The position numbers and the translations under genes are program-made. From positions 587-64,586 of the forward strand of contig CAYQVB010000021.1 of NCBI GenBank assembly GCA_964420925.1: 64,000 bases of DNA, in the 5' to 3' direction. Positions 54,582 to 64,000 of this stretch are shown here, piece by piece. The notes beneath the pieces are model-generated. The model made no database searches and was not told the origin of the DNA. It worked only from the letters and a program-made list of their open reading frames with translations. The stretch's first letter is position 1. Every line of letters starts with the position of its first letter. The DNA is from an uncultured Ectothiorhodospiraceae bacterium. GTDB taxonomy: Bacteria; Pseudomonadota; Gammaproteobacteria; HK1.

Positions 54582-55478
54582 ATGGCCAAGCCGAAAGTCC
54601 TCCACATGCTGGACCCCCGAGCCAACGTCAGTCCCTTCGACGTGAACATGGCAGTGGACGCAGGGTTCGAAGTGATCGTTCCCTACCCGCGCGTCTCCGC
54701 CGACGATGTCGCCGGACTGGTCCAGGACGCGATCTTCTCCCGGCCCCCGGGGCGCTTCAACGAGACCGGGATCTTCATCGGAGGTCACGACGTCAACCTC
54801 GCCGCCGACATGCTGAAGCGGGCGAGGGGCGCGATGGTGCCGCCCTTCGAGGTCGCGGTGCTCGCCGACCCGAACGGAGCCTACACCACGTCGGCGGCGC
54901 TGGTCGCGCTGGTGTCGAAACACCTCGTCGCACGCACCGGCCGGGGGCTCGAGGGACGCAACGTGCAGATCCTCGGCGGCGGTCCGGTGGGGCTCTGCAC
55001 CGCGGTGCTGGCGTCGCGCCAGGGCGCGCACCCGCGGCTGGTGCGCCTCACCGAGATGACGCCGGGCAAGGAAGCACCGGTGGAGCGCTTTGCGCGGCGC
55101 TACGAGATCGAGCTGCCCTGGACCGCGCGGCGCGACGATGCGGAAAGGCTCGCCGCGCTCGAATCCGCCGAGGTCGCGGTTTGCTGCGCAAAGGCGGGAG
55201 TGCAGATTCTGTCCGCGGAGGTCCTCGCGCAGTGCACGGCCCTCGTCGTTGCCGCAGACGTCAATGCGGTGCCGCCGGCCGGCATCGAAGGGTTGTCGGT
55301 GAGTGACGACGGGGCCGAGTTGCCGGGCGGCGCGCTCGGGATCGGTGCGCTCGCGATCGGAGGGGTCAAGTACAAGGTGCAGCGCGGACTGCTCGAGCGG
55401 ATGCTCGGCGCCGATCACGCGGTGGCTCTCGACTTTCCCGACGCGTTCGATCTCGCACAAGAGGTGGTCAGGGCTTGA
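54582..55478 (+). CDS. mtdB: NAD(P)-dependent methylene-tetrahydromethanopterin dehydrogenase MtdB
   Basis: 'KVLHMLDPRANVSPFDVNMAVDAGFEVIVPY..LVQDAIFSRPP..TGIFIGGHDV..PPFEVAVLADPNGAYTTSAA'. Confidence 0.85.
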   Translation: MAKPKVLHMLDPRANVSPFDVNMAVDAGFEVIVPYPRVSADDVAGLVQDAIFSRPPGRFNETGIFIGGHDVNLAADMLKRARGAMVPPFEVAVLADPNGAYTTSAALVALVSKHLVARTGRGLEGRNVQILGGGPVGLCTAVLASRQGAHPRLVRLTEMTPGKEAPVERFARRYEIELPWTARRDDAERLAALESAEVAVCCAKAGVQILSAEVLAQCTALVVAADVNAVPPAGIEGLSVSDDGAELPGGALGIGALAIGGVKYKVQRGLLERMLGADHAVALDFPDAFDLAQEVVRA

Positions 55479-55491
55479 GCTTCCGCCTCGC

Positions 55492-56466
55492 ATGAGCCAG
55501 CGCCCGAGCGTCAGTGCGTGCTCCGCTCCCCTGGTGGCGGAGCTGATCGAGCGGGCGGAACACCTGCGAATCGGTGTCGATCAAAAAGCGGGCGGCACCC
55601 GCGTCGTGGATGCCGGCATCGACCATCCGGGCAGCATCGAGGCGGGGCTCCTCGTCGCCCGGATCTGCATGGCCGGCCTGGGCGAGGTGGGCTTGCGCGC
55701 CAACCCGGTGTTTCCCGACTGGCCCTGGCAGGTGGAGGTGCGCACCAGTCAGCCGGTGCTCGCCTGTCTGCTGAGCCAGTACGCCGGCTGGAGTCTGAGC
55801 GTGGATGGACCCGACAAGAAGTGGAGCGCGCTCGGTTCGGGGCCGGGGAGAGCGCTCGCCGCCCGGGAACCGCTCTTCGCGGAGCTCGACTACCGCGACC
55901 GCGCCGACGATGCCTGTCTGGTGCTCGAGACCGACCGCCATCCTCCGCCGGCGCTCGCGGAGAAGGTCGCGCGGGACTGTGGAGTGGCGCCGGATCGGGT
56001 ATCCCTGGTGCTCACCCCTACCGGCAGTCTCGCCGGGGTGGTCCAGATCGCGGCGCGGGTGGTGGAGGTGGCGCTGCACAAGGCTCACGAGCTCGGCTTT
56101 CCCCTCGATGCGATCCTCGAGGGCGCCGGCACTACTCCGCTCCCGCCGCCGATCCGGGACGCGCTCACCGCGATGGGCCGGACCAACGACACCATCCTCT
56201 TCGGCGGCCAGGTGCAGCTCCTGGTGTCGTGCGCCGATGAAGACGCCCGCGACCTCGCCGAACGGTTGCCGAGCAACGCCTCGCGAGACTACGGCAAACC
56301 CTTCGCCGAAGTGTTTCGCGACTGCGGCTACGACTTCTTCCAGATCGATCCCATGCTCTTCAGTCCCGCGCAGGTAGCGGTCACCGCAATCGGAAGCGGC
56401 CGCACGTTTCGCGCCGGAGCCCTGAACGACGAGCTGCTGGCGCGCTCCTTCGGCGGCGGTGCCTGA
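55492..56466 (+). CDS. mch: Methenyltetrahydromethanopterin cyclohydrolase
   Basis: 'LACLLSQYAGWSL', 'ALGSGPGRALA', 'TPTGSLAGVVQIAARVVEVALHK', 'NDTILFGG' and 'DPMLFSPAQV' are present. Confidence 0.9.
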   Translation: MSQRPSVSACSAPLVAELIERAEHLRIGVDQKAGGTRVVDAGIDHPGSIEAGLLVARICMAGLGEVGLRANPVFPDWPWQVEVRTSQPVLACLLSQYAGWSLSVDGPDKKWSALGSGPGRALAAREPLFAELDYRDRADDACLVLETDRHPPPALAEKVARDCGVAPDRVSLVLTPTGSLAGVVQIAARVVEVALHKAHELGFPLDAILEGAGTTPLPPPIRDALTAMGRTNDTILFGGQVQLLVSCADEDARDLAERLPSNASRDYGKPFAEVFRDCGYDFFQIDPMLFSPAQVAVTAIGSGRTFRAGALNDELLARSFGGGA

Positions 56467-57343
56467 GACCCGGCCCGCCTGGCGCGCTCCCAACCCCGTT
56501 GCCGATGCGGTCTGGCGGGCCTGCATCGAAGAGCTGGAAGCCCCCAAGCCGGGCAATGTGAGCTTCGCCTCGGCCGGACACGGGATGGAGGCGCAGGACT
56601 TCGTGACGAGCGCGCGCTGTTCCGCCGAGGTGCTCGGCACGCCCGACCTTTCGCTGGGTGAAAGGGTGCTGCGCAGCATCGAAGCCACGCGGGCGGCGGT
56701 GGGCTGCAACACCAACCTGGGGATCGTGCTGCTGTGTGCGCCTCTTGCACAGGCCGCGCTCGAAGGCAACCCGCAGCGACCGCTGCGCGCCCGGCTCGAG
56801 GAGGCGCTCTCGGTGGCCGGGATCGACGACACCGAGCGCGTGTTTGCCGCCATTCGCCTCGCCGCACCCGGGGGACTCGGCGCGAGCGATCGCCACGATG
56901 TCCGGTCCTCCGCCAGCGCCCCCTTGCTCGCAGTGATGCGCGAGGCGGAGGACCGCGACCGGGTGGCCCGCCAGTACGCCCGCTGCTTCGAGGACGTCTT
57001 CGACCTCGGGCTCCCCGTACTCGCCCGAAGCCGCGCGCGCTGGCCGCACGCGCAGGCGGTGGTGGCCCTCTACCTCGCCTTTCTCGCACGGTTTAAGGAC
57101 TCCCACATAGAGCGTAAACTCGGCACCGTCGCCGCGGAGGCGGTCCGGCGCGAAGCTATGCAGCTCGTAGAGAGCCTCGAATCGTCGAAGTCACCCGAAA
57201 TGAACATCGAGGAACTGGCGCATTTCGATCGCAGCCTGAAGCGCCGGGGCATCAACCCGGGCACCAGCGCCGACCTGACGGTGGCGACGCTGCTCGCCGG
57301 CAACCTCCTCCACGGGAGGGGGATTCCCGTCGCGGCCCGCTGA
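56459..57343 (+). CDS. Triphosphoribosyl-dephospho-CoA synthase (CitG/MdcB)-like protein of H4MPT/methanofuran-linked clusters
   Basis: 'EAPKPGNVS', 'NTNLGIVLLCAPLA' and 'INPGTSADLTVATL' are CitG-family motifs. The GTG start overlaps the mch stop. Confidence 0.8.
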   Translation: MPETRPAWRAPNPVADAVWRACIEELEAPKPGNVSFASAGHGMEAQDFVTSARCSAEVLGTPDLSLGERVLRSIEATRAAVGCNTNLGIVLLCAPLAQAALEGNPQRPLRARLEEALSVAGIDDTERVFAAIRLAAPGGLGASDRHDVRSSASAPLLAVMREAEDRDRVARQYARCFEDVFDLGLPVLARSRARWPHAQAVVALYLAFLARFKDSHIERKLGTVAAEAVRREAMQLVESLESSKSPEMNIEELAHFDRSLKRRGINPGTSADLTVATLLAGNLLHGRGIPVAAR

Positions 57344-57388
57344 GCGCGGGGCGCGACTCAAGTGACAACAACGCTTAAGGAGGTAGCA

Positions 57389-57898
57389 ATGGCTATCACG
57401 AATGTTCGAGTGGGAGAGTCCCTGGTGGGAGACGGCAACGAGATTGCCCACATCGATCTCATCCTGGGTCCCCGGGGCTCGGCGGCGGAGACCGCCTTCT
57501 GCACGGGTCTGGTCAACAACAAGGACGGCTTCACCAGCCTGCTGGCGGTGGTGTCGCCCAACGTACCCGCCAAGCCCAACACGATGATGTTCAACAAGGT
57601 CACCATGAAAGGCGCCAAGCAGGCGGTGCAGATGTTCGGCCCGGCCCAGCGCGCGGTCGCCCGTGCGGTCATGGAGGCGGTTGCGGAGGGAACGATTCCC
57701 GCCGACGAGGCCGACGATCTCTACATCTGCGTCGGGGTGTTCATTCACTGGGAAGCCGAGGACGACGCGAAGATCGAGCAGTACAACTACCAGGCGACGA
57801 AGGAGGCAATCGAGCGCGCGGTTGCCGGCCAGCCCTCGGTGCAGGACGTTCTCGCCCAGAAGAACGCGGAGCATCCCTTCGCCGCCAACGTCTCCTGA
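57389..57898 (+). CDS. fae: Formaldehyde-activating enzyme
   Basis: ATG 57389 follows AAGGAGG. '[75 protein letters not shown]' closely resembles Fae as I recall it. Confidence 0.95.
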   Translation: MAITNVRVGESLVGDGNEIAHIDLILGPRGSAAETAFCTGLVNNKDGFTSLLAVVSPNVPAKPNTMMFNKVTMKGAKQAVQMFGPAQRAVARAVMEAVAEGTIPADEADDLYICVGVFIHWEAEDDAKIEQYNYQATKEAIERAVAGQPSVQDVLAQKNAEHPFAANVS

Positions 57899-57925
57899 CG
57901 GGACTCGTACTCGACGACTCGAACG

Positions 57926-57958
57926 GCTCTCCCGGCTCGAACGGGAGAGCTGTTTTCC
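57926..57958 (+). terminator. Rho-independent terminator after fae
   Basis: 9-bp stem GCTCTCCCG / CGGGAGAGC with loop GCTCGAA, followed by TGTTTTCC. Confidence 0.7.
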
Positions 57959-58216
57959 GGGCCGCCTCCGGCGGCCCCGCGCATCGCGCCGGGTACGCAT
58001 CGGTGCTTGCGCGGAGCGTGCAGTGTCGGCGAAGCGCTTGCCGGCGGGGTTGAAGAGTGCAGTTTTTCGACCGCCGGTTCCGGTGCGGGGAAGTACCGGC
58101 GTGTTTCGTTGACCGCAAGTCGTTGAGAAAACGCGAGCGGCCCTGGACCCGGGTTACCGGACCGTGCGGCCGAGACCGTGGATGACCGGTTCTCTCATCC
58201 GGCCGAGGGGGCGCCG

Positions 58217-59864
58217 ATGGTGAACGCGTTCGTGCCCGCGGACTATCCGCTCGAGGAACGCACCGTGGGTCGGGTGCTCGAGCGCTCGGTGGAGCGCTTC
58301 GGAGACAAGCCCTTCGTCGAGACAGTCGCCGGAGAGCGGGTGAGCTACCGCGAGATGGACCGCCTCTCCAACCGTTTCGCGCACGGCGCCGCCGCATTCG
58401 GGATCGCGCACCAGGAGCCGGTCCTGGTGATGCTGCCGGACGTTGTCGACTACCTCGTCGTCTGGTGCGGCCTCGGCAAGCGCGGCGCGGTGGAGGTGCC
58501 GGTAAACCTCGCCTACCGAAAGGGGATCCTGCGGCGCATCTGCAACGATTCCACCGCCCGGACGATCATCGTCGACCGTGACTACCTGCCCTGGTTCGAG
58601 GAGATTGCGGACGAGCTGGAAACCCTCGAGAACTGCATCCTCTACTCCGAAGATCCCGGTCGGCGCGGCGATCTGACGCTGCCGCCACAACTCACCCGAC
58701 GCTGCCGGCCAGCCGCCTTCGAGCAGCTCCTCTCCGATGACGAGGCGCCCTTCGAGCCTGCGCCCGCCTTCCACGACCTCGTCGGCATCATGTTCACCTC
58801 GGGGACCACCGGCCCCTCCAAGGGGGTGAGCACCACGCACGCCCACTCCTTCGCCTACTCCGATTCGGCGGCCGAGATCTTTGCGCTCGAGCCCGAGGAC
58901 CGTGCCTACACCTGCGGACTGCCCCTCTTCCACCTCGGCTGCCAGTGGGCGATCTGCTACGCCTGCATGATCTACGGCGCCACCGTGGTGCTCCGGAAGG
59001 GTTATCGGAACGAGTACTTCTGGCCCGACATCGCCGCTCACCGGTGCACCGTCGCCTTCCTCCTCGGCGCGATCGCCAACTTCCTGTGGCAGCAGCCGGA
59101 ACGACCGGAAGACCGCGACACGCCGTTGCGCAAGGTGGGAATGTTCCCCCTCCTTCCCGAGCACGAGGCGTTCTCGAAGCGCTTCGGGGTGGCGCTCTCC
59201 ACCGGCTATGGCTCGACCGAGGAGGCCTGCCCGCTGATCCATCACTTCGGCGAGCCCTTCCCCAACAACCAGTGCGTCGGCTATCCGACCTCCCGCTTCG
59301 AGGTGAAGATACTCGATGAATTCGATCGGGAGTGCCCGCCCGGAGTAATGGGCGAGATCTGCACCCGGCCGAAGAATCCATGGGACATCCTGGTCGGCTA
59401 CTGGAAGCACCCCGAGTACACCGCCCGCGCCTTTCGCAATCTCTGGTACCACACCGGCGATGCCGGCTACCGGGATGAAGAGGGGCGCTTCTACTTCGTC
59501 GATCGCCTCACCGACTCGATGCGCCGGCGCGGCGAGAACATCTCCTCCATGGAAGTGGAGGACGAGATCAACCAGCATCCCGACGTGCTCGAGTGCGCGG
59601 TGTTCCCGGTCTGGGACGAGCACACCGAACAGGAGGTGATGACGGTGATCACGCCGAAGCCGGGGCGCCGCATCGAGCCGGCCGATCTCATCGCCTTACC
59701 TGGACCGGCGCATGGCCTACTTCATGATTCCCCGCTACGTCGACTTCCGAGACGAGATCCCCAAGACCCCGACCGGCAAGATCGAGAAATACAAGCTCCG
59801 CAACGAGGGCATCACCCCCACCACCTGGGACCGGGTAGCGGCCGGAGTCGAGCTGACCCGCTGA
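58217..59864 (+). pseudogene. AMP-dependent acyl-CoA synthetase/ligase interrupted by a +1 frameshift near nt 59696
   Basis: Frame 1 carries 'MFTSGTTGPSKGV', 'GYGSTE' and 'YHTGDAGYRDEEGRFYFVDR' up to '..EPADLIA'. The conserved C-terminus 'YLDRRMAYFMIPRYVDFRDEIPKTPTGKIEKYKL..' continues in the next frame (59697-59864). The frame-1 tail out to 60271 is low-complexity nonsense. Confidence 0.75.
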
Positions 59865-59917
59865 GTGGGGCGAAGTCCGGGGTTGGCCGCGTGTCGGCGG
59901 CGAGTACGCTTCTGTGC

Positions 59918-60547
59918 TCAGTGGCCCGCGATGCCGTCGTGGGCCTGGTCTCCCCAGATCTCCTGCACGCGAGCGTCACGGCGGCAGGCGAATCGATAGA
60001 ACCGGTATCGAGCCGGGTTCTTCTCGTAGTAGTCCTGGTGATAGTCCTCGGCCGGATAGAATGCCCCGGCCGGTTCGATCGGGGTGACCACCATGTCCTC
60101 CAGTATCCCGGAGCGTTCGAGCGCAGCCTTCGAGGCCAGAGCGAGACGTCGCTCCTCCTCGGTTGCGGCGAAGATCGCGGTGCGATAGCTCTCGCCGCGG
60201 TCGCAGAACTGCCCTCCGGCATCGGTCGGGTCGACGCTGCGCCAGAAGACGTGGAGCAACCCTTCGTATGAGACCAGCTTCGGGTCGTAGTGGATCTGCA
60301 CCGCCTCCCAATGCCCCGTGCCGCCCGCGCTGACCTGCTCGTAGGTCGGGTCGTCCAGGCTCCCGCCAGTGTAGCCGGAGGTGGTCTTCACCACGCCGGG
60401 CACCTTGTCGAAGTCCGACTCCACGCACCAGAAGCACCCGCCCGCGAACGTTGCGACCGCGAGCCCGTCACCGACCGTGGCGAGGACGGGGGGTGACGCG
60501 AGCACTGCGAGCATCGATGCGCTGACCCAGGATGCAAGCCGATTCAT
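59918..60547 (-). CDS. msrA: Peptide-methionine (S)-S-oxide reductase MsrA, exported form
   Basis: Active site 'FAGGCFWCVE', 'GHWEAVQIHYDP' and 'YHQDYY'. N-terminal signal peptide. Confidence 0.9.
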   Translation of the reverse strand: MNRLASWVSASMLAVLASPPVLATVGDGLAVATFAGGCFWCVESDFDKVPGVVKTTSGYTGGSLDDPTYEQVSAGGTGHWEAVQIHYDPKLVSYEGLLHVFWRSVDPTDAGGQFCDRGESYRTAIFAATEEERRLALASKAALERSGILEDMVVTPIEPAGAFYPAEDYHQDYYEKNPARYRFYRFACRRDARVQEIWGDQAHDGIAGH

Positions 60548-60688
60548 CTCGTTACCCTCTCTCGGTGGTACCGGGCGATCGGGAATCGGTCGAGCTCCGC
60601 CGCTTCAATGCCCATGACCCGCGCAATCGCGCCCAGTTTATCCGTGATCTCGGGATCGATCTCGGGGACGGCAATGTGATCCACCAGC

Positions 60689-61546
60689 TCACTCGGGCTC
60701 GAAGCTCGCGAAGAACTGATCGCTCCCGACCCCGTCGTAGTGGTCCAGATACAGGGAGTGAAGCCGTAGCGTGCCGGCGGCGCCGAGCAACCCTCCGCGG
60801 AGCATGGTGTCGAAGCGCTTGCCCCCCACCATGCGGTGGCTGATCGTGGCGTAGAGCCGCGAGAGCACACGGTCGCGCAGGGCAGTCTCCAGCATCCCCG
60901 GACCGGTCTGGAGGTAGGCCCGGCGGTAGCCGCGTTCGCTCAGGACGGTGGCAACATCCCGGCCGCGCACTCGCGAACCCGCACCAGTCACCACGACCTC
61001 GCATCCCGCCGCGCGGAGGGCAGCGATCCGATGGTGCGCGGCCGCCGGCGTGGTCAGCACGTGGACCACTTGACCATGCCCTGACAATGAGCGGGGCAGC
61101 GTCCAGTCCAGGCTCCCGCTCACCACGGCCACCGCAGGCTGGGCGCGCATGCCCCGCTCCCTCCTCCACGCCCGGATGTCCTCGCTGCCGGAAGCGATAC
61201 CCACCTGCAGGATGTTACCGAGGATGCCCGCGGCGAGCGCGCGAAGATAGCCGCCGTGGGTCACCAGGCAGTCGGCGTGCGCCTGCAGCTCCTGGAACAG
61301 GCGCCAGTCCCTCGGGTTGGTGAGCCCCTCGGGCAGGTGCGACAGGCCGTCGTCCCCGGCTACCGCGATGCGCCCGTCCAGGCTGGTGACGAAGTTGGCA
61401 TAGAGAAAGGGCGCCACCCCTTCGGATTCCGGCGCGGGCAGACTCTCCTCGAGGTAGAGCCCCGAGAGCGGCCGCTTCCGGACCGGTAGCGGGAAGAGCT
61501 GCAGCACCTCGGGCGGCGCCGGTGAGGTAGTCGTATGGGGAGCCAT
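60689..61546 (-). CDS. RibD C-terminal domain (pyrimidine-reductase/DHFR-like) protein
   Basis: 'LYANFVTSLDGRIAV' and 'DWRLFQELQAHADCLVTHGGYL' are typical of the RibD_C fold. It sits within the H4MPT cofactor gene neighbourhood. Confidence 0.7.
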   Translation of the reverse strand: MAPHTTTSPAPPEVLQLFPLPVRKRPLSGLYLEESLPAPESEGVAPFLYANFVTSLDGRIAVAGDDGLSHLPEGLTNPRDWRLFQELQAHADCLVTHGGYLRALAAGILGNILQVGIASGSEDIRAWRRERGMRAQPAVAVVSGSLDWTLPRSLSGHGQVVHVLTTPAAAHHRIAALRAAGCEVVVTGAGSRVRGRDVATVLSERGYRRAYLQTGPGMLETALRDRVLSRLYATISHRMVGGKRFDTMLRGGLLGAAGTLRLHSLYLDHYDGVGSDQFFASFEPE

Positions 61547-61616
61547 GGAAGCGGTGTGCAGGACCTTAGTTTACACTGCCCGAATCCGTATCCGACGCGA
61601 GCCGGAGGGCACTGCC

Positions 61617-61997
61617 ATGACCAGCGATCGACGGAAAGACCGGACCTACAGCGAAGAGGAGATCCAGGCGAAGCTCGAGGCGGAGCTGCCGCACTGGTAC
61701 TACGAAAGAGGCTGGATCCGCCGCCGCTACCGCACCAGCGGCTGGAAGGGGACGCTGATGGTGATCAACGCCGTCGGCCACCTCGCCGAGGCGGCCTGGC
61801 ATCACCCCGACATCACCGCCTCCTACGCGTTCGTGATCGTCAAGCTGACGAACCACGCCGCCAAGGGCGTGACCGACAAGGACTTCGAGCTGGCGCACAA
61901 GATCGAGGAGTTCGTGCACTGGCAGCCGGCACAGGAGGGAGGATCGCTCGAGGGCACACCCCGGGATCAGCGGTTCCGCTACGTCAAGTACGACTGA
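61617..61997 (+). CDS. Pterin-4a-carbinolamine dehydratase (PCD/DCoH)-like protein
   Basis: ATG 61617. 'WKGTLMVINAVGHLAEAAWHHPDITASYAFVIVKLTNH' is the PCD core with the HHP motif. Confidence 0.8.
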   Translation: MTSDRRKDRTYSEEEIQAKLEAELPHWYYERGWIRRRYRTSGWKGTLMVINAVGHLAEAAWHHPDITASYAFVIVKLTNHAAKGVTDKDFELAHKIEEFVHWQPAQEGGSLEGTPRDQRFRYVKYD

Positions 61998-63341
61998 ATG
62001 GGAGAGCGCATCCTTTTCCTCACCGGCCGCCTCGCGCGAGACAGCCTGCACCGCGAGCTGGAGGGTCTGAAGAAGAGGGACTTCTCCTACCGGGTGCACG
62101 AGCTCGGCCTGCAGGTGGCGGGTCTGATGACCGCGAACATGATCCGCCGGCGCCTCGACGGTCCCGGAGACGCGCAGCGCATCCTCGTGCCGGGGCTGTG
62201 CGGCGGGGAGGTCGATGCGCTCTCGGAAGCGTACGGGGTACCGGTCGAACGCGGCCCCAAGGACCTCAAGGACCTGCCCGAGTACTTCGGCACCGGGGGC
62301 CGGCAACCTGATCTGAGCCGGCATTCCGTCACCATCATCGCCGAGATCGTGGATGCGCCCCACCTGACGCCCGAAGAGATCGTCGAGCGCGCCGCCGCCT
62401 ACCGGACCGACGGCGCGGACGTCATCGATCTGGGCTGCCTTCCCGGCACCTCCTTTCCGCACCTGGAAGACAGCGTGAGCGCACTCCGGCGAGAAGGACA
62501 CGCGGTGAGCGTCGACTCTCTGGAAACAGAGGATCTGCTGCGCGGGGGCCGGGCAGGGGCAGACTACCTGCTGAGTCTGAGAGAAAGCACCCTTCACGTT
62601 GCGGACGAGGTCGCGAGCACCCCGGTGCTCATCCCGGAGTCGCCCTCGGATCTGGAAAGCCTCTACCGCGCGGCGGAGATCCTGGCGGCGCGAGGCCGGC
62701 GCTATCTCCTCGATCCCGTCCTCGAGCCCATCCAGTTCGGCTTTACCGAGTCCTTGCTGCGCTACCACGCCGTGCGCCGTCGCTTCCCGGAGGCCGAGAT
62801 GATGATGGGGATCGGCAACGTCACCGAGCTCACCGATGCCGACACCACCGGCATGACCGCGGTCCTCATGGGCGTGGTGTCCGAGCTCGACATCGGCGCC
62901 GTCCTGACCACGGAGGTCAGCCCCCACGCGCACACGGCAGTGCGCGAGGCCGACATCGCGAGGCGCATCATGTTTGCCGCGAATCGCGACGCCAACCTGC
63001 CGCAGCGCTACCACCCCGGGCTGATGGCGCTCAAGGACCGCAAGCCCTTCCCCTACGAGACCGAGGAAGTGGCGCAGACCGCGGCCGCGATCAAGGACCC
63101 GAGCTTCCGCATCCAGCTCACCCGGGACGGCATCCACGTGTACAACCGGGACGGACACCGGATCGCGACCGACCCCTTCGCGCTCTTTCCGGGGCTCGGG
63201 GTGGACGACGACGCCAGTCACGCCTTCTACCTCGGGGTGGAGCTCGGCCGCGCCCAGATCGCGTGGCAGCTCGGCAAGCGCTACCTGCAGGACAACGAGC
63301 TCGAATGGGGAGTGGCGGCCCGCGGCACGGCGAACCCGTGA
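61998..63341 (+). CDS. Dihydropteroate synthase-like pterin-binding protein of H4MPT biosynthesis
   Basis: The pterin-binding barrel segments 'GADVIDLGC', 'VSVDS' and 'MMMGIGNVTELTDADTTG' are present. The N-terminal domain is as seen in methylotroph and archaeal homologues. Confidence 0.8.
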   Translation: MGERILFLTGRLARDSLHRELEGLKKRDFSYRVHELGLQVAGLMTANMIRRRLDGPGDAQRILVPGLCGGEVDALSEAYGVPVERGPKDLKDLPEYFGTGGRQPDLSRHSVTIIAEIVDAPHLTPEEIVERAAAYRTDGADVIDLGCLPGTSFPHLEDSVSALRREGHAVSVDSLETEDLLRGGRAGADYLLSLRESTLHVADEVASTPVLIPESPSDLESLYRAAEILAARGRRYLLDPVLEPIQFGFTESLLRYHAVRRRFPEAEMMMGIGNVTELTDADTTGMTAVLMGVVSELDIGAVLTTEVSPHAHTAVREADIARRIMFAANRDANLPQRYHPGLMALKDRKPFPYETEEVAQTAAAIKDPSFRIQLTRDGIHVYNRDGHRIATDPFALFPGLGVDDDASHAFYLGVELGRAQIAWQLGKRYLQDNELEWGVAARGTANP

Positions 63342-63937
63342 TCCGCGAGACGATCGTCACCACGCTGGGAGCCGCCGGCCGGCCCAACATCGCCGCAATG
63401 GGAGTGCGCGAGGAGCGCGGCCTCTACCTCATCTCGCCCTTTCGGCCCTCCCGGACCTTCGACAACCTGAAGCGCAGCCGCCAGGCGGTGATCAACCACA
63501 CCGACGACGTGCGCGTCTTTGCCGGCTGTCTGACCGGCCGGAAAGACTGGCCGACGCTCCCGGTGAAGAGTATCGCCGGAGTGCGCCTCGCGAATGCGCT
63601 CGCCCACGTGGAGGTCGAGGTCACGGAGTGGGAGGACGACGACGTGCGCCCTCGCTTCTATTGCCGGGAAATGGGACGCGAGACGCACGCCGAGTTCCGA
63701 GGATTCAATCGGGCGCAGGTGGCGGTCATCGAGGCATCCATCCTGGTCAGCCGACTGCACCTGCTCCCGGCGGAGAAGATCGACCGCGAGATGGAGTATC
63801 TGCGCATCGCGGTGGAGAAGACCGCGGGACCGCGCGAACGGGAAGCCTGGCGATGGATGGTGGAGCGAATCGCCGACCACCGGCGATCGAATCAGGGAAG
63901 GGCCGCTCAGCCCACCAGGTGTGTCCATCCCCGGTAG
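63338..63937 (+). CDS. DUF447 family protein (H4MPT-cluster associated)
   Basis: GTG 63338 overlaps the preceding stop (GTGA). 'IRETIVTTLGAAGRPNIAAMGV' and 'FNRAQVAVIEASILVSRLHLL' are present. Confidence 0.7.
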   Translation: MIRETIVTTLGAAGRPNIAAMGVREERGLYLISPFRPSRTFDNLKRSRQAVINHTDDVRVFAGCLTGRKDWPTLPVKSIAGVRLANALAHVEVEVTEWEDDDVRPRFYCREMGRETHAEFRGFNRAQVAVIEASILVSRLHLLPAEKIDREMEYLRIAVEKTAGPREREAWRWMVERIADHRRSNQGRAAQPTRCVHPR

Positions 63938-64000
63938 GCGGCGAGGTGGCCCGGCACGTCGTGGACCCGGATGATGTCCACGCCCTGGGCGCAGAGGTGC
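63907..64000 (-). CDS. 3' end of a dihydropteroate synthase-family gene running in from beyond the window
   Basis: Minus-strand frame from 63999 reads 'HLCAQGVDIIRVHDVPGHLAAYRGWTHLVG*', the classic DHPS C-terminal 'RVHDV' motif. Only 30 codons are visible. Confidence 0.45.
   Translation of the reverse strand, partial: HLCAQGVDIIRVHDVPGHLAAYRGWTHLVG

Overview
This is a high-GC proteobacterial chromosomal segment, densely coding on both strands. The six-frame track contains many long spurious antisense ORFs. My calls therefore rest on recognisable motifs, start-codon and RBS context, and stop/start coupling. Non-CDS coordinates were indexed by hand and may be off by a few nt.

Contents from left to right:

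(i) 0-12 kb: an ABC permease fragment, a GMC oxidoreductase, an S9 peptidase and a BKACE enzyme. These are followed by a translationally coupled three-gene peptidase operon (M16C PreP-like, S1C protease, and an S1C paralogue with a degenerate catalytic triad) that is divergent from pqqA.

(ii) 12-20.5 kb: a split PQQ biosynthesis set. pqqA-pqqE lie on the + strand and pqqC-pqqB on the - strand. They are separated by hydantoinase/oxoprolinase genes hyuB and hyuA, which are themselves interrupted by a vapBC pair. No pqqD was seen.

(iii) 20.7-35.8 kb: a NitT/TauT ABC importer, then the PQQ-dependent-catabolism-associated ABC-2 exporter, beta-propeller and binding-protein set. Next come a SoxYZ-like carrier, an MBL hydrolase and a rhodanese-like C-x3-CW protein. 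The block ends with xoxF-xoxG-xoxJ, where XoxF carries the lanthanide-type D-Y-D signature.

(iv) 36.9-49.5 kb: an accessory island abutting a defective tRNA-Met-like gene. One minus-strand operon encodes a COG1373 ATPase, a type III-like Mod, an ABC-ATPase/Toprim-like fusion and a Res helicase-nuclease. RtcB and an SPFH protein follow. This composite defence locus is my best candidate for a previously undescribed system.

(v) 50-64 kb: hicB, DUF1428, a hydrolase, and the H4MPT-linked formaldehyde oxidation and cofactor genes (fhcD, mptG-like, mtdB, mch, citG-like, fae, DHPS-like, DUF447, PCD-like). This part also holds a frameshifted acyl-CoA synthetase and msrA.

A REP/MITE-like palindromic repeat family occupies at least five intergenic sites. 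I recognised no rRNA, CRISPR array, transposase or integrase.
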